Below are positions 38,407 through 48,684 of a DNA stretch of 64,000 nt, in pieces; position 1 is the stretch's first letter; each line of letters begins with the position of its first letter. The position numbers and the translations under genes are program-made. Source of the DNA: Candidatus Levyibacteriota bacterium. Lineage in GTDB: Bacteria > Patescibacteriota > Microgenomatia > Levybacterales > UBA12049. The notes under the pieces are model-generated. The model was not told where the DNA came from. It made no database searches and saw only the letters and a list, made by a program, of their open reading frames with translations. Location of the stretch: the NCBI GenBank assembly GCA_016182185.1, contig JACOXU010000003.1, positions 123,881-187,880 of the forward strand, given 5' to 3'.

Positions 38407-39291
38407 TTATTGGCTCTTGATTACAAATACTGTAGAAAGGCTAGAAAAATTCAAATCACTCACTATATTAGCGTTTTGAAAAAGAGCGCTTGGTTTTTTT
38501 TCAACCGAAATAATTGTTCCTACAGTCAAATCTGGTGGATATCCGCTTCCCCCCAACTCCTGGCCTCCCTTTGTGACAATTATGTCCTTTTCCTTGATAT
38601 CTGCTTCCTGCATTATATTTTGAAGACTCATTTCCCTTCCTGCCTCTCCTCTCACAACGCCGATCGCACCAGTTCTTAAGGTTTTGGCCGTAAATGAAGA
38701 TGTTGCATTTGTAATCAAATTTACCTTGGATCGAAATTCAGTAACTTCTGTTATACTTCCTACTAAATTATCTTTCAAAATCACAGCATCGTGAATTCTT
38801 ATTCCGCTTGATTTTCCAACATCAAGGATAAATATTGAAGGCTCTGTCACTCCCGGGACGAAATTAGGAGCGCCAATAATCTTAGCCGCAATTAAAGTAG
38901 TGCTTTTAATAGTTGCGGTTTGAAACTGATCCCGAAGAGCTGAATTTTCTTTCTCAAGCTTCTCTTGATTCACCAATTGGCGGGCAAGATTAATATTTTC
39001 TTCTTTTAGATTCTTGAGATTCTCTTCTTCATTTAAATTTAAAATTGACTGAAATGTTTGAAATGTAACTTCTTGCACAGGAGAAAAAATATTTCCAATT
39101 GCTCCAAAGAGATTGTTGAAAAAATTAAATCTTATTAGTCCAAGAATTATGAGCGAGAAAGCTAAAAAGAAGATAAAAATAGGAGCAAAATTTTCCTTTT
39201 TTTTCATAGGTCCATTGTAGACTTTTTGAGAAAATCTTACAAGCTGCAATGAATCTGGTATAATTATGGCCACAAATGAAGAGATTGGCAA
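38407..39291 (-). CDS. mreC: rod shape-determining protein MreC
   Basis: 294 aa; N-terminal TM, coiled coil, C-terminal beta-barrel region (VGTIISVEK); position between mreB and mreD. Confidence 0.7.
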   Translation of the reverse strand: MPISSFVAIIIPDSLQLVRFSQKVYNGPMKKKENFAPIFIFFLAFSLIILGLIRFNFFNNLFGAIGNIFSPVQEVTFQTFQSILNLNEEENLKNLKEENINLARQLVNQEKLEKENSALRDQFQTATIKSTTLIAAKIIGAPNFVPGVTEPSIFILDVGKSSGIRIHDAVILKDNLVGSITEVTEFRSKVNLITNATSSFTAKTLRTGAIGVVRGEAGREMSLQNIMQEADIKEKDIIVTKGGQELGGSGYPPDLTVGTIISVEKKPSALFQNANIVSDLNFSSLSTVFVIKSQ

Positions 39292-40430
39292 AAAAAAATT
39301 TGACTAAAGTCATCTTTGCTCTTATTCTAATATTTATTCTCTCTACTCAAATTCAACCAACCAGAGCATTTTATCAAGCGGTTCTTACAGCGCCTGAGTT
39401 AATTCAAAATTTTCCCTTAAAACCGCTGATCTATCTGACTAATAAACCAAAAGTAAAAGAAGTGGTAATCAAATCGTCAAATCGAGAGATTTATGCAGAT
39501 CTCTATATTCCAAATGATAGGGAAAAACACCCAGCTGCGGTATTGGACCTTGGTCTTGATATTGATCGGAAAGACCCAAGAGTTGTCAAAGTCGCTGAAA
39601 CATTTGCCAGAAATGAATATATTATACTTGCTCCTAATATTCCTTATCTTTCATCAAGAAGATTAACAACAACCGCAGTTGAAGATTTCATAGCCTCCTA
39701 TAAATTTCTTGAAAACCAACCAAACGTCAAAAAAAATAAAATCGGATTCATTGGTTTCTGTACCTCGGGAGGATTAACATTAATAGCAGCCGAAAACGAA
39801 AAAATCTCCCAAAAAGTCTCCTTCGTTGTCGCCATTAATCCTTATTTCGATCTTAAAAGCCTCTATATTGCCTTAACTATAAGAGAGGTTGAAGGTCAAA
39901 AATGGACCCCTCACTTCAAGAGCGTTGAAGTATTCAACCGGGAAGCCATCGCCCTACTGGACAAAACTGCTGATCAGACAATTCTGTTTAATAATCTTGT
40001 AAATATCAGCGAGGAGGATCTAGCAAAAGGAAATTTCCCCAAACTTTTAAAAGAGGACGAACTTAGACTTTCAAAAGCAGCAATATTTACTTACCACACT
40101 CTGACCAATAAAGACTCCGATAAATCCACATTCTACTTGGAAAATGCTCAGGATTCGCAAAAAGAATTTTTAATCTCAATGTCACCTTCTACAAACATTC
40201 AGAAATTAAACGCCAAAACGTATATTTTTGCTGAAAAAGGTTTTAATTACATTCCCTATACCGAAGCAAGAAGACTTTCCCGGAAACTTGAAAAAGAAGG
40301 TAAATATCTCACTTACCAAGAAATATCAGTCCTACCGCAATCGATTCAAGAACAAACATTTAAAGAACAATTGGTTGGAATAATTAAACTTACACAGTTC
40401 ATTTTCGGTTTTTTTAAAGAGACTAACTAA
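39276..40430 (+). CDS. secreted alpha/beta-hydrolase (dienelactone-hydrolase-like, Cys nucleophile?)
   Basis: 384 aa; signal/TM; GFIGFCTSGG nucleophile-elbow-like motif. Confidence 0.35.
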   Translation: MKRLAKKNLTKVIFALILIFILSTQIQPTRAFYQAVLTAPELIQNFPLKPLIYLTNKPKVKEVVIKSSNREIYADLYIPNDREKHPAAVLDLGLDIDRKDPRVVKVAETFARNEYIILAPNIPYLSSRRLTTTAVEDFIASYKFLENQPNVKKNKIGFIGFCTSGGLTLIAAENEKISQKVSFVVAINPYFDLKSLYIALTIREVEGQKWTPHFKSVEVFNREAIALLDKTADQTILFNNLVNISEEDLAKGNFPKLLKEDELRLSKAAIFTYHTLTNKDSDKSTFYLENAQDSQKEFLISMSPSTNIQKLNAKTYIFAEKGFNYIPYTEARRLSRKLEKEGKYLTYQEISVLPQSIQEQTFKEQLVGIIKLTQFIFGFFKETN

Positions 40431-41392
40431 TTTGAGGGACAATTCTGATAATAACTATTATAAATAACGGTGCCGCCGTAAAATAAAAGCCCGTGTCCAA
40501 AAGTGCTGTCAATGCCCGTGGTTCCAATATCCTGAGCGGGATTTAAAACTGCATCTTTAAGCTTACCCACTGTAAAATTTGGAATACACGCAGCAACAGC
40601 TGCCGCAGTCCCCGAAACAAATGGTGCCGCAATCGATGTCGCTTGAGCATTTACAACCGTATTTGAGCCATCATTTAACACCATTAGTGTTTTAATGTCA
40701 TGACCCGGTGCCGAGATATCGACTCCCGAATATGTATTTCCGTCCAGTGTAGTCCGGTTGCAACCGTAACTATGATGATAGACAGAATTGGCATCACGCC
40801 AAACGGCGACCACAGATACTACTTGCCAATAAGCAGCCGGAAAGCCGATGAAGCAATTTTCAGGAGCAGTAAAATCATCCTCATTCTTCGCCCCAGCGAC
40901 CACTAGAACATTGCGATTATAGGCATTACCGATTGCATCTCGAAGCTCCAGATGATCGATATCATTCGTTGAAGCTAAACTTATATTAATCACCCTGATG
41001 TTTAAGTTTGAATATATTGGATTTGTAATAACATCGTTAATAGCAGCAGCCAAGTCTTGAACAGTCCCTTCGTTGGCTCCATTTTGAACCCTGGAAATTA
41101 ATACTTTTGTTTTCCAGTTAACCGCCGCGATATCCTGTCCGTTATTCGTTTTTGCCAGAATGATAGAAGCCACCTTAGTCCCGTGACCGTCATCGTCAGT
41201 CACATCGCTTGAACCATCGATATAATTTTTTCCCAGCACTGTCCTCGCAACATCCGTATCCCTGTGAATGTCGTAGCCGGTATCCAAAACGGCAACAGTT
41301 GATGCCCCGGCAACAATCCCGGGCTTCTTTTCGGGCTGATTATTTCTAAAATAACCGTTGGCAGGCTGCGGGCTAAATTCAACTCTGCTCAT
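40427..41392 (-). CDS. subtilisin-like serine protease (S8)
   Basis: 321 aa; Asp AVLDTGYD, His DDGHGTKVAS, Ser ATSIAAPFVSG. Confidence 0.7.
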   Translation of the reverse strand: MSRVEFSPQPANGYFRNNQPEKKPGIVAGASTVAVLDTGYDIHRDTDVARTVLGKNYIDGSSDVTDDDGHGTKVASIILAKTNNGQDIAAVNWKTKVLISRVQNGANEGTVQDLAAAINDVITNPIYSNLNIRVINISLASTNDIDHLELRDAIGNAYNRNVLVVAGAKNEDDFTAPENCFIGFPAAYWQVVSVVAVWRDANSVYHHSYGCNRTTLDGNTYSGVDISAPGHDIKTLMVLNDGSNTVVNAQATSIAAPFVSGTAAAVAACIPNFTVGKLKDAVLNPAQDIGTTGIDSTFGHGLLFYGGTVIYNSYYQNCPSN

Positions 41393-41435
41393 GTTTGTGA
41401 CGCGAACATACTCCTTTTGACCCTTTTTGTCAAAC

Positions 41436-42584
41436 TTATCTTAGCCCGCCTATGACCTTTACTCTATGAAGAAGTGTGTCGTCCTCAAGAACTTTCCCAG
41501 CTCCTCTTACAACGGTCGTAAGGGGATCATCGGATCTTATCACCGGAAGATGAGTTCTCTCAACTATCATATGTTCAAGACCCGGCAGAAGAGATCCTCC
41601 GCCTGTTAAAACAATACCATGTTCCAAAATATCAGAAGTAAGCTCTGGCGGCGCATCTTCTAAGACATCTGAAATTCCTTCGATTATTTCGGATAACACC
41701 GGAGCAAGTGCCTCTCTTACCTCAGTTTCACTAATTCGAAGACTTTTAGGAAGTCCTGTTTCTATATCTCTTCCTCTTACCACAGCAAATTTTTCTCTAG
41801 GCGTCACATTTATCGTTTCTGATTTACCTTCTTCGCTTTTGAGCCTTGAGCTTTGCCGTGCGTCGCCAGAGGCTATGCCGGCGGCGCGAGGTTTGACTTT
41901 TTCTTCATATGCGCTGCCAATTTTTATTTTTAAATCTTCAATTGTTTTTTCACCCAAAAGTAGTCCGTGACGTAGTCTAATATAATGAGCAATTGCTTTA
42001 TCCATCTCATCGCCTGCAGAAAGCAATGACTTGCTAATCACAATTCCACCTAATGAGATAACAGCTATCTCGGTGGTCCCTCCTCCGATATCAACAACCA
42101 TTGCTCCTGTTGGAGAAAATACAGATATACCTTCTCCAATTGCTGCTGCCATTGGCTCCTCGATGAGAAATGCTTCTCTTGCCCCGCTTGCCAAAGCTGC
42201 CTCCCAAACAGCTCTTCTTTGCACCTCGGTGACTGCCGAAGGAATTCCGATCACAACTCTTGGCTTTGACAAAGCAGTTGGTAAATAACTTCCGACCTCA
42301 TGAACTGCCTGGATGTAGTGAGAAATCATGCTTGCTGTTGCATCAAAATCAGCTATCACTCCGCCTCTTATTGGCCGCACAGTTATAATAGATGCCGGAG
42401 TTTTACCTAACATTCTTTTGGCCTCGCTCCCTATTGCAATAACTTTTTTGCTTCTCTTGTGCATTGCCACAACCGAAGGCTCTCTTATTACGATCCCCTT
42501 CCCTTTCACCCACACAAGCGTATTGGCAGTTCCTAGATCAATGCCGATATCATGAGAAAAGAAACCAAAAAGTTTATTTAACAT
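41436..42584 (-). CDS. mreB: rod shape-determining protein MreB (with about 35 aa insertion)
   Basis: 382 aa; actin-fold motifs DLGTANT, VVDIGGGTTE, GGGSLLPGL. Confidence 0.9.
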   Translation of the reverse strand: MLNKLFGFFSHDIGIDLGTANTLVWVKGKGIVIREPSVVAMHKRSKKVIAIGSEAKRMLGKTPASIITVRPIRGGVIADFDATASMISHYIQAVHEVGSYLPTALSKPRVVIGIPSAVTEVQRRAVWEAALASGAREAFLIEEPMAAAIGEGISVFSPTGAMVVDIGGGTTEIAVISLGGIVISKSLLSAGDEMDKAIAHYIRLRHGLLLGEKTIEDLKIKIGSAYEEKVKPRAAGIASGDARQSSRLKSEEGKSETINVTPREKFAVVRGRDIETGLPKSLRISETEVREALAPVLSEIIEGISDVLEDAPPELTSDILEHGIVLTGGGSLLPGLEHMIVERTHLPVIRSDDPLTTVVRGAGKVLEDDTLLHRVKVIGGLR

Positions 42585-42713
42585 CTGGATAGGTCAATTT
42601 GTAATTCCCATCATACCATCTTGCCCAAAGATTTCCAATATGATAATCTTAAATAAATTTTTAATTTCTAATTTAGGTGAATTAGGTTAATTAGAACAAT
42701 TAGGTCAATTTAG

Positions 42714-45008
42714 ATGAAGATCATTAATATTTGTAACCGTGTTATCGAGTTTTCCTTCTATTTTCTTTTCTTCTTTATCCCTCTTATTCTTTTCGGAACT
42801 ACATCAGAACTTTTTGAATTCAATAAAATGTGGTTCACTTTTGGAATCACGATTTTAATTTCGGTAAGCTGGATAATTAAATCAATCATTAAAAAACAGT
42901 TTCAAATCCAGAAAACTCCTCTTGATATTCCAATTCTTCTTTTTCTACTTTCTCAAATAATCTCTACCCTTTTCTCATGGGATTTTCATGTTTCATTTTG
43001 GGGTTACTATTCGAGGTTCAACGGAGGGCTCCTCTCTACAATTTCTTACATTGCCCTTTATTATGCTTTTGTCAGCAACTTCACTGCAAAAAATGAAAAC
43101 AATAAAATTGAAACTCTCGAAGGCACAAAAATGGTAAAAAACGTTCTCTTGGTCAGTCTCATGTCAGGAGTTGTTGTTGCCCTATGGGGAATTCCCTCTC
43201 ATTTTGGCTATGACCCGACTTGTCTTGTTTTCAGGGGAACGTTTGATGTATCGTGTTGGACTTTTGACTTTCAACCAAAAGTGAGAATTTTTTCAACGCT
43301 TGGTCAACCGGGATGGCTTGCAGCCTATCTTGCAATTCTTCTGCCTATATCTATTTATTTTTTTATTAAAAATTTTAAGCACAAAGATAATGAAGAAAAA
43401 TCTTCATTTTTTGATTTAAAGTTTCCAGACAAACCTAAGCCTATACTGCTCTCTCTATTTTATCTTTCATCAATTATTTTGTTTTCCATATCTCTTATTT
43501 ATTCTGTCTCTCGTTCTGGTGTCCTGGGCGTTTTAATCTCCTTAGGTTTTTTTGTCGCCGTCTATATATGGCATCGATACAAGAAAAGCTCAATTAATTT
43601 ACCAATCCTTATTATCCTCGCAGGATTAATCGTTCTTATTCTTTCAAATCAGACGCTGATAAATCTAAAATTCGATATCGGTTCTGAGCCTACCAATATT
43701 GCGAAGGAGTCCTCAGAACAAATTCAAGAGGTAAAACCTCATGTTGAAGCACTCGGTGGAACCGATTCAGGAAGGATCAGAGAGTATGTTTGGAGCGGTG
43801 CAATTGAGGCCTGGAAAAATTACCCGCTCTTTGGCACAGGAGTTGAGACATTTGCATTTGCCTATTATAAATACAAACCCGTCGGTCAAAACTTAACAAG
43901 TGAATGGAATTTCCTGTACAATAAAGCCCATAACGAATTTCTTAATTACCTCGCAACGACAGGAATTTTTGGTCTCGGGAGTTATCTCTTGTTAATCGGT
44001 TACTTTTTTTATCTTCTTTTCAAAAGACTTAAATATGCCGTTTTAAAACCCCAGGAAAACCGCCTGCCTCTTCTTACTCTTGCTCTTCTTTCTTCCTATA
44101 TATCGATTCTTATAACTAATTTTTTTGGCTTCTCCGTTGTAATAGTAAATATTTATTTTTTCCTTATACCTGCCTTCGTTTTGCTTCAGGAAAAACTTAT
44201 AGATCCTGAAAGAAAAATAATGATCCCAAAAACAGTTTCTGAGAATAGCGATTCTTCAAAGTTTTCACCATTTCAATGGAGTAGCATAACCATAACTGCC
44301 CTTATAGCTCTATATTTTCTTTATACTCTTTATGTCTATTGGGATTCAGACAAGCTATACGCTTACGGCTCGAATCTTGATAAAGCCGGATACCCGCAAG
44401 AAGCATATAAATATCTTCATAAAGCGGTTGCGCGCAGAAGCTCTGAACCGGTTTTCAAGGACGCCTTGATTGTTAACAATGCAAATGTTGCTGCACAAAT
44501 GCTTCTTGAATCTGATAAAGTAACGAGCGAGTCCGCCCAGCAAGCATCGGCGATTGCCCAAGAGGCAATAAATATAAGTAATGAATTGACTCTCAATTAT
44601 TCAAATAACATTGTTTTTTGGAAATCTCGGGTGCGCATGTTTTACACCTTATCGCAAGTTGATGCAAGATTCTTGCCGCAAGCCCTTGAGGCAATAAGAC
44701 GTGCAAGTGAACTTGCTCCGAATGATACAAGCATTCTTTACAACCATGGCGTACTTGAGGGACAAAATGGGAATATCAACGAAGCAATAAGGGTTCTTGA
44801 AAAGACAGTTACGCTTAAGCCGGATTATAGAGATCCTCATTTTGCTTTGGGACTTTTCTATCATCAGGCCGCGGTTGACAAAAACGGTAAGGTTATAAAT
44901 CAGGAATTTTTTCAAAAAGGGGTCGATCAAATGCAGTTTATCCTGAATCGCCTAAGCCCCACTGATGATGGTGCCAAAGAAGCACTCAAATCCTGGGGAA
45001 AACTATAA
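42714..45008 (+). CDS. O-antigen ligase (Wzy_C)-like polytopic membrane protein with C-terminal TPR repeats
   Basis: 764 aa; about 12 TM helices, SRSG loop region, C-terminal TPR-like repeats. Confidence 0.6.
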   Translation: MKIINICNRVIEFSFYFLFFFIPLILFGTTSELFEFNKMWFTFGITILISVSWIIKSIIKKQFQIQKTPLDIPILLFLLSQIISTLFSWDFHVSFWGYYSRFNGGLLSTISYIALYYAFVSNFTAKNENNKIETLEGTKMVKNVLLVSLMSGVVVALWGIPSHFGYDPTCLVFRGTFDVSCWTFDFQPKVRIFSTLGQPGWLAAYLAILLPISIYFFIKNFKHKDNEEKSSFFDLKFPDKPKPILLSLFYLSSIILFSISLIYSVSRSGVLGVLISLGFFVAVYIWHRYKKSSINLPILIILAGLIVLILSNQTLINLKFDIGSEPTNIAKESSEQIQEVKPHVEALGGTDSGRIREYVWSGAIEAWKNYPLFGTGVETFAFAYYKYKPVGQNLTSEWNFLYNKAHNEFLNYLATTGIFGLGSYLLLIGYFFYLLFKRLKYAVLKPQENRLPLLTLALLSSYISILITNFFGFSVVIVNIYFFLIPAFVLLQEKLIDPERKIMIPKTVSENSDSSKFSPFQWSSITITALIALYFLYTLYVYWDSDKLYAYGSNLDKAGYPQEAYKYLHKAVARRSSEPVFKDALIVNNANVAAQMLLESDKVTSESAQQASAIAQEAINISNELTLNYSNNIVFWKSRVRMFYTLSQVDARFLPQALEAIRRASELAPNDTSILYNHGVLEGQNGNINEAIRVLEKTVTLKPDYRDPHFALGLFYHQAAVDKNGKVINQEFFQKGVDQMQFILNRLSPTDDGAKEALKSWGKL

Positions 45009-45044
45009 ATTCCAAATTCCGCTTATATTTGCTATAATTTCAAG

Positions 45045-45611
45045 ATGCTCAAAATTATTACTGCTCCTGATCGAGTTCTCTCTCAAAGAGCAAAAAGAGT
45101 TAAAAAGATAGATAAATCCATCTTGGAATTTGTTGAAGAGATGAAAATGGCGCTTCTTGCGGCCAAAGATCCCGAAGGCGTGGGTCTTGCCGCACCTCAG
45201 GTTGGCAAATCTCTTTCAGTTTTTATCACAAAGCAAAACGCTAAGTCACCCATCAAAGTCTTTATAAATCCCCACCTTAAACTTGATCAAATAAATTTTA
45301 ATCCTGAAAATAAAAATCAAAAAAGAGGAGCAAAAAAATCAATTTCAAAAAGACTAGAAGGATGTCTTTCTCTTCCGAACATTTGGGGACACGTAAAACG
45401 TGGCTCCAATTTATCGATTTCGTATCAGGATGAAAATGGCAAAAATCATTCGAAAAAATTTACTGGGTTTATGGCCACAATAATTCAACACGAAATGGAT
45501 CATTTAAACGGCGCTCTTTTTACCAAAAGAGTTCTTCAACAGAATGGAATTCTCTATAAATCACATAAAAATGAACAAGGCGAAGATATTTTTGAAGAAA
45601 TAGAAGTGTAA
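45045..45611 (+). CDS. def: peptide deformylase
   Basis: 188 aa; GVGLAAPQVG, EGCLS, QHEMDHLNG motifs. Confidence 0.85.
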   Translation: MLKIITAPDRVLSQRAKRVKKIDKSILEFVEEMKMALLAAKDPEGVGLAAPQVGKSLSVFITKQNAKSPIKVFINPHLKLDQINFNPENKNQKRGAKKSISKRLEGCLSLPNIWGHVKRGSNLSISYQDENGKNHSKKFTGFMATIIQHEMDHLNGALFTKRVLQQNGILYKSHKNEQGEDIFEEIEV

Positions 45612-45694
45612 ATTAACCTAATTAATCTAATTGACCTAATTTCTAAATTGGGATTCTGTTTAGGTTAACTAGAAATTAGAGTGATTAGAAATTT

Positions 45695-46519
45695 ATGAAG
45701 ATCATCTTCTTTGGAAGCTCAAAATATTCGGTCATTGTTGCTAAAAAACTCCATCAGGAATTCAATTTAAAACTTGTTGTTACTACTCAAGCCGATTCCT
45801 TTCCTGTTAAATTTGCAGCAGAAAATAATATCGACCATAAGGTTGTCTCGAAGTTTGATAGAGAAACTATCGAACAGATAGAAAAATACAAACCCGATTT
45901 TAATGTTGTGGCTGATTTTGGCAAAATTCTTCCCGAAGAATTGCTCAAACTACCTAAATTTGATTCTTTAAATGTCCATCACTCACTTCTTCCCAAATAT
46001 CGAGGGCCATCCCCTGCTCCCACTGCGATTTTAAATGGAGAGAAAGTAACCGGCGTGTCAATTATTTCTATGCAAAGGGGCGTGGATCAAGGACCAGTCT
46101 TTCTCCAAAATGAATATGAAATAAAAGATATCGATACAACTGATTCGCTTCTTACCAAATTGAATGTTTTGGGCGCTGATTTAGTATCTAAAGTCATTAA
46201 AAATTTTGAGAATGAAAAGCCTATTCCGCAAGATGAATCCGAAGTGACGATTACATATCTTTTAAAAAGAGCTGATGGTTTTATTGATATAGATAATCCT
46301 CCACCGCCTGATAAATTAAATCGAATGATCAGAGCTTATTTTCCTTGGCCCAATGTTTTCTTTGAGGCTAAATTAAATGGAAAGGGGAAAATTATTAAGC
46401 TCTTGCCGGATAAACAAATTCAAGCCGAGGGAAAAAAGCCAATGAGCTATAAAGACTTTATCAATGGCTATAAAGAGGGAAAATATTTACTCCGCAAAAT
46501 TAACCTAATTTCTAATTGA
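45695..46519 (+). CDS. fmt: methionyl-tRNA formyltransferase (short C-terminus)
   Basis: 274 aa; SLLPKYRGPSP motif, follows def. Confidence 0.8.
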   Translation: MKIIFFGSSKYSVIVAKKLHQEFNLKLVVTTQADSFPVKFAAENNIDHKVVSKFDRETIEQIEKYKPDFNVVADFGKILPEELLKLPKFDSLNVHHSLLPKYRGPSPAPTAILNGEKVTGVSIISMQRGVDQGPVFLQNEYEIKDIDTTDSLLTKLNVLGADLVSKVIKNFENEKPIPQDESEVTITYLLKRADGFIDIDNPPPPDKLNRMIRAYFPWPNVFFEAKLNGKGKIIKLLPDKQIQAEGKKPMSYKDFINGYKEGKYLLRKINLISN

Positions 46520-46610
46520 TCTAATGTCTAAAACTTTGTTTTGAATTTAAGATTTTGAATTTGGAATTTGTTTAGAAATTGGAAATTAGGATTTAGAAAT
46601 TTGGTGCTAT
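46500..46610. repeat. intergenic degenerate tandem repeat array (GGAATTTGG / AGAAATT units, about 11-bp period)
   Basis: TTGAATTTAAGATTTTGAATTTGGAATTTGTTTAGAAATTGGAAATTAGGATTTAGAAATTTGG. Confidence 0.5.
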
Positions 46611-46831
46611 ACAGTTATGCTAATCGTAGCTTCAGGGGACTTAACAGATTCTTTTGTTTTACTTTTAAACATCCTCAGGCATTTTGTACAAAGCTTCATT
46701 CTCCTTGAAATACCATTTACCATTACCCTTGCCATATGAAGATTTGGCTTGAAAATCCTTCTGGTTCTCCTTTTGGAATGAGAAACATTATGGCCGTACA
46801 TTATGCCTTTTCCGCAATTTTCACATTTCAT
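46607..46831 (-). CDS. rpmB: 50S ribosomal protein L28
   Basis: track ORF 46607..46855; conserved start MKCENCGKG...NVSHSKRRTRRIFKPNLH chosen. Confidence 0.7.
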   Translation of the reverse strand: MKCENCGKGIMYGHNVSHSKRRTRRIFKPNLHMARVMVNGISRRMKLCTKCLRMFKSKTKESVKSPEATISITV

Positions 46832-46875
46832 ACCCATAGGCAAATATGATATCATATTAAATGTTTTAAGACAAC

Positions 46876-47523
46876 ATGAACCTTCTTGCCGGACTAATCT
46901 CTCTTATCATACTTTTATTTTCAGCCATACTTCACGAGGTAGCACACGGTTTTGTGGCAGAACGTCTGGGAGACCCGACTGCAAGGCTTGCCGGAAGACT
47001 AACTCTGAACCCAAGAAAACATATAGATCTTTATATGAGCATTCTTCTTCCGCTCTTACTGATCATTTCAGGTTCTCCTGTTATCTTCGGCGCGGCTAAG
47101 CCCGTTCCGGTTGATCCTTTTAATCTCAAAGACGGAAGAAAGGATATGGCCCTCGTTTCTCTAGCCGGGCCTCTGACCAATATTATAATTGCAATAATTT
47201 CTGTAACGCTTATTAAAATCATTAATTTGACTGCCGGACCGTTTTTCCCTCCTTTTTTATCTTTAATTTATTTTTTGCTTCTTCAGATTACGCACCTTAA
47301 CCTTCTTCTGGCAATCTTTAATCTTATTCCAATTCCGCCTCTTGACGGATCGAAGATATTTGCGCTAATCCTCCCTGATAAAGAAGCGGCAATTTATCTT
47401 TCTCTTTCGTCAATCGGATTTTTCATCATTTTTTTTCTTCTTCTTTTTCCAATTGGCGGATTTTCGCTGGGAAGCATGGTCTACAACATTCTAATCTTTG
47501 CCGAAAAGCTTTTGGGAATTTGA
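46876..47523 (+). CDS. M50-family (SpoIVFB-type) membrane zinc metalloprotease
   Basis: 215 aa; HEVAHGF zinc motif in TM, second motif region LIPIPPLDGSKI. Confidence 0.6.
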   Translation: MNLLAGLISLIILLFSAILHEVAHGFVAERLGDPTARLAGRLTLNPRKHIDLYMSILLPLLLIISGSPVIFGAAKPVPVDPFNLKDGRKDMALVSLAGPLTNIIIAIISVTLIKIINLTAGPFFPPFLSLIYFLLLQITHLNLLLAIFNLIPIPPLDGSKIFALILPDKEAAIYLSLSSIGFFIIFFLLLFPIGGFSLGSMVYNILIFAEKLLGI

Positions 47524-47535
47524 TATACTGAGTCT

Positions 47536-48141
47536 ATGGCAATACTTGCCCTAGTCAGACACGGCGAATCAGAATGGAACGCAAAGGGTCTTTGGACTGG
47601 CTGGACAGATATTTCGCTCTCCAAAATTGGAAGAGATGAGGCCAAACAGGCCGCAGAAACACTTCGAAATGTTCAGTTTGACGTATCATATACCTCTATA
47701 CTCTCAAGAGCCAAAGAAACACTTGAAATAATAAAGCAAACTATTGGAAGTACTGGTTTAAAAACCATTGAATCTCCAGCCTTAAACGAAAGAGATTATG
47801 GAGAATTTACCGGCAAAAATAAATGGGAAATAGAAAAAGAAGTAGGCCGAGAAAATTTTCAAAAACTACGACGTGGCTGGTATTATCCGATTGAAAATGG
47901 AGAGACGCTTAAAGATGTTTATGAAAGAGTAGTCCCGTATTACAGACAGGAGATTTTGCCGAACCTAGAACAAGGTAAAAATGTACTAATTTCTGCCCAC
48001 GGCAACAGTCTCAGGGCGCTTGTAAAATACCTGGATAATATTTCAGATGTTGATATCTCAAATCTTGAAATCGCCACAGGTGAGGCAGTAATCTACGAGG
48101 TAAATTCAGAAGGGAAAGCAATCCGCAAAAAAGTTAGCTAA
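47536..48141 (+). CDS. gpmA: histidine phosphatase family protein, phosphoglycerate mutase-like
   Basis: 201 aa; LVRHGESEWN catalytic His motif, SAHGNSLRAL. Confidence 0.75.
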   Translation: MAILALVRHGESEWNAKGLWTGWTDISLSKIGRDEAKQAAETLRNVQFDVSYTSILSRAKETLEIIKQTIGSTGLKTIESPALNERDYGEFTGKNKWEIEKEVGRENFQKLRRGWYYPIENGETLKDVYERVVPYYRQEILPNLEQGKNVLISAHGNSLRALVKYLDNISDVDISNLEIATGEAVIYEVNSEGKAIRKKVS

Positions 48142-48146
48142 ACCTT

Positions 48147-48218
48147 GCAGGGACGCTCGGACTCGAACCGAGAAAAGCAGTTTTGGAGACTGCTGTGATA
48201 ACCATTTCACCACGTCCC
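48147..48218 (-). tRNA. tRNA-Trp (anticodon CCA)
   Basis: acceptor GGGACGT.., anticodon stem GCAGT/ACTGC loop CTCCAAA, T-arm GGTTCGAGTCC. Confidence 0.75.
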
Positions 48219-48304
48219 TAATTTAAAGTTAAAATTCAAAAGACAAAAGTCAAAATTGCCTTTTTAATATACAGTTTTCGTAACAAACTTGCAATTTTGG
48301 TTTC

Positions 48305-48481
48305 TTACTTTAATTTTTCTGTTTCCTTGTGATCGGTTTTCTTTCGACAATGTCTGCAATATTTTTTAAGCAATAATTTCTCGGTCGTATTTAACTTATT
48401 TCTAGTTGTTACATAATTTCTGTTTTTGCAGACCGTACAGACAAGTCCGACTTTTACCCTGTGTTCACCTTTTTTCGCCAT
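48305..48481 (-). CDS. rpmG: 50S ribosomal protein L33 (not in ORF track, 58 aa)
   Basis: translation MAKKGEHRVKVGLVCTVCKNRNYVTTRNKLNTTEKLLLKKYCRHCRKKTDHKETEKLK; AGGAGG SD upstream. Confidence 0.75.
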   Translation of the reverse strand: MAKKGEHRVKVGLVCTVCKNRNYVTTRNKLNTTEKLLLKKYCRHCRKKTDHKETEKLK

Positions 48482-48508
48482 AAATTCCTCCTTTCATGTT
48501 AATTTGAG

Positions 48509-48578
48509 CCGACGATGGGAATCGAACCCATGACCTAGTCATTACCAATGACTTGCTCTGCCACTGAGCCACGTCGGC
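48509..48578 (-). tRNA. tRNA-Thr (anticodon GGT)
   Basis: acceptor GCCGACG/CGTCGGC, anticodon stem AGTCA/TGACT loop TTGGTAA, T-arm GGGTTCGATTCCC. Confidence 0.7.
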
Positions 48579-48600
48579 CTACAAAGCCCGTTTGACGCAG

Positions 48601-48684
48601 TGCTAGGTGAGGGACTCGAACCCCCGTAGCCCTTCCGGGCGCCTCGTCTACAGCGAGGAGCAATTGCCGCTATGCGAACCTAGC
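48601..48684 (-). tRNA. tRNA-Tyr (anticodon GTA, long variable arm)
   Basis: acceptor GCTAGGT/ACCTAGC, anticodon stem CCTCG/CGAGG loop CTGTAGA, variable arm CGCCCGGAAGGGCTAC. Confidence 0.7.
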
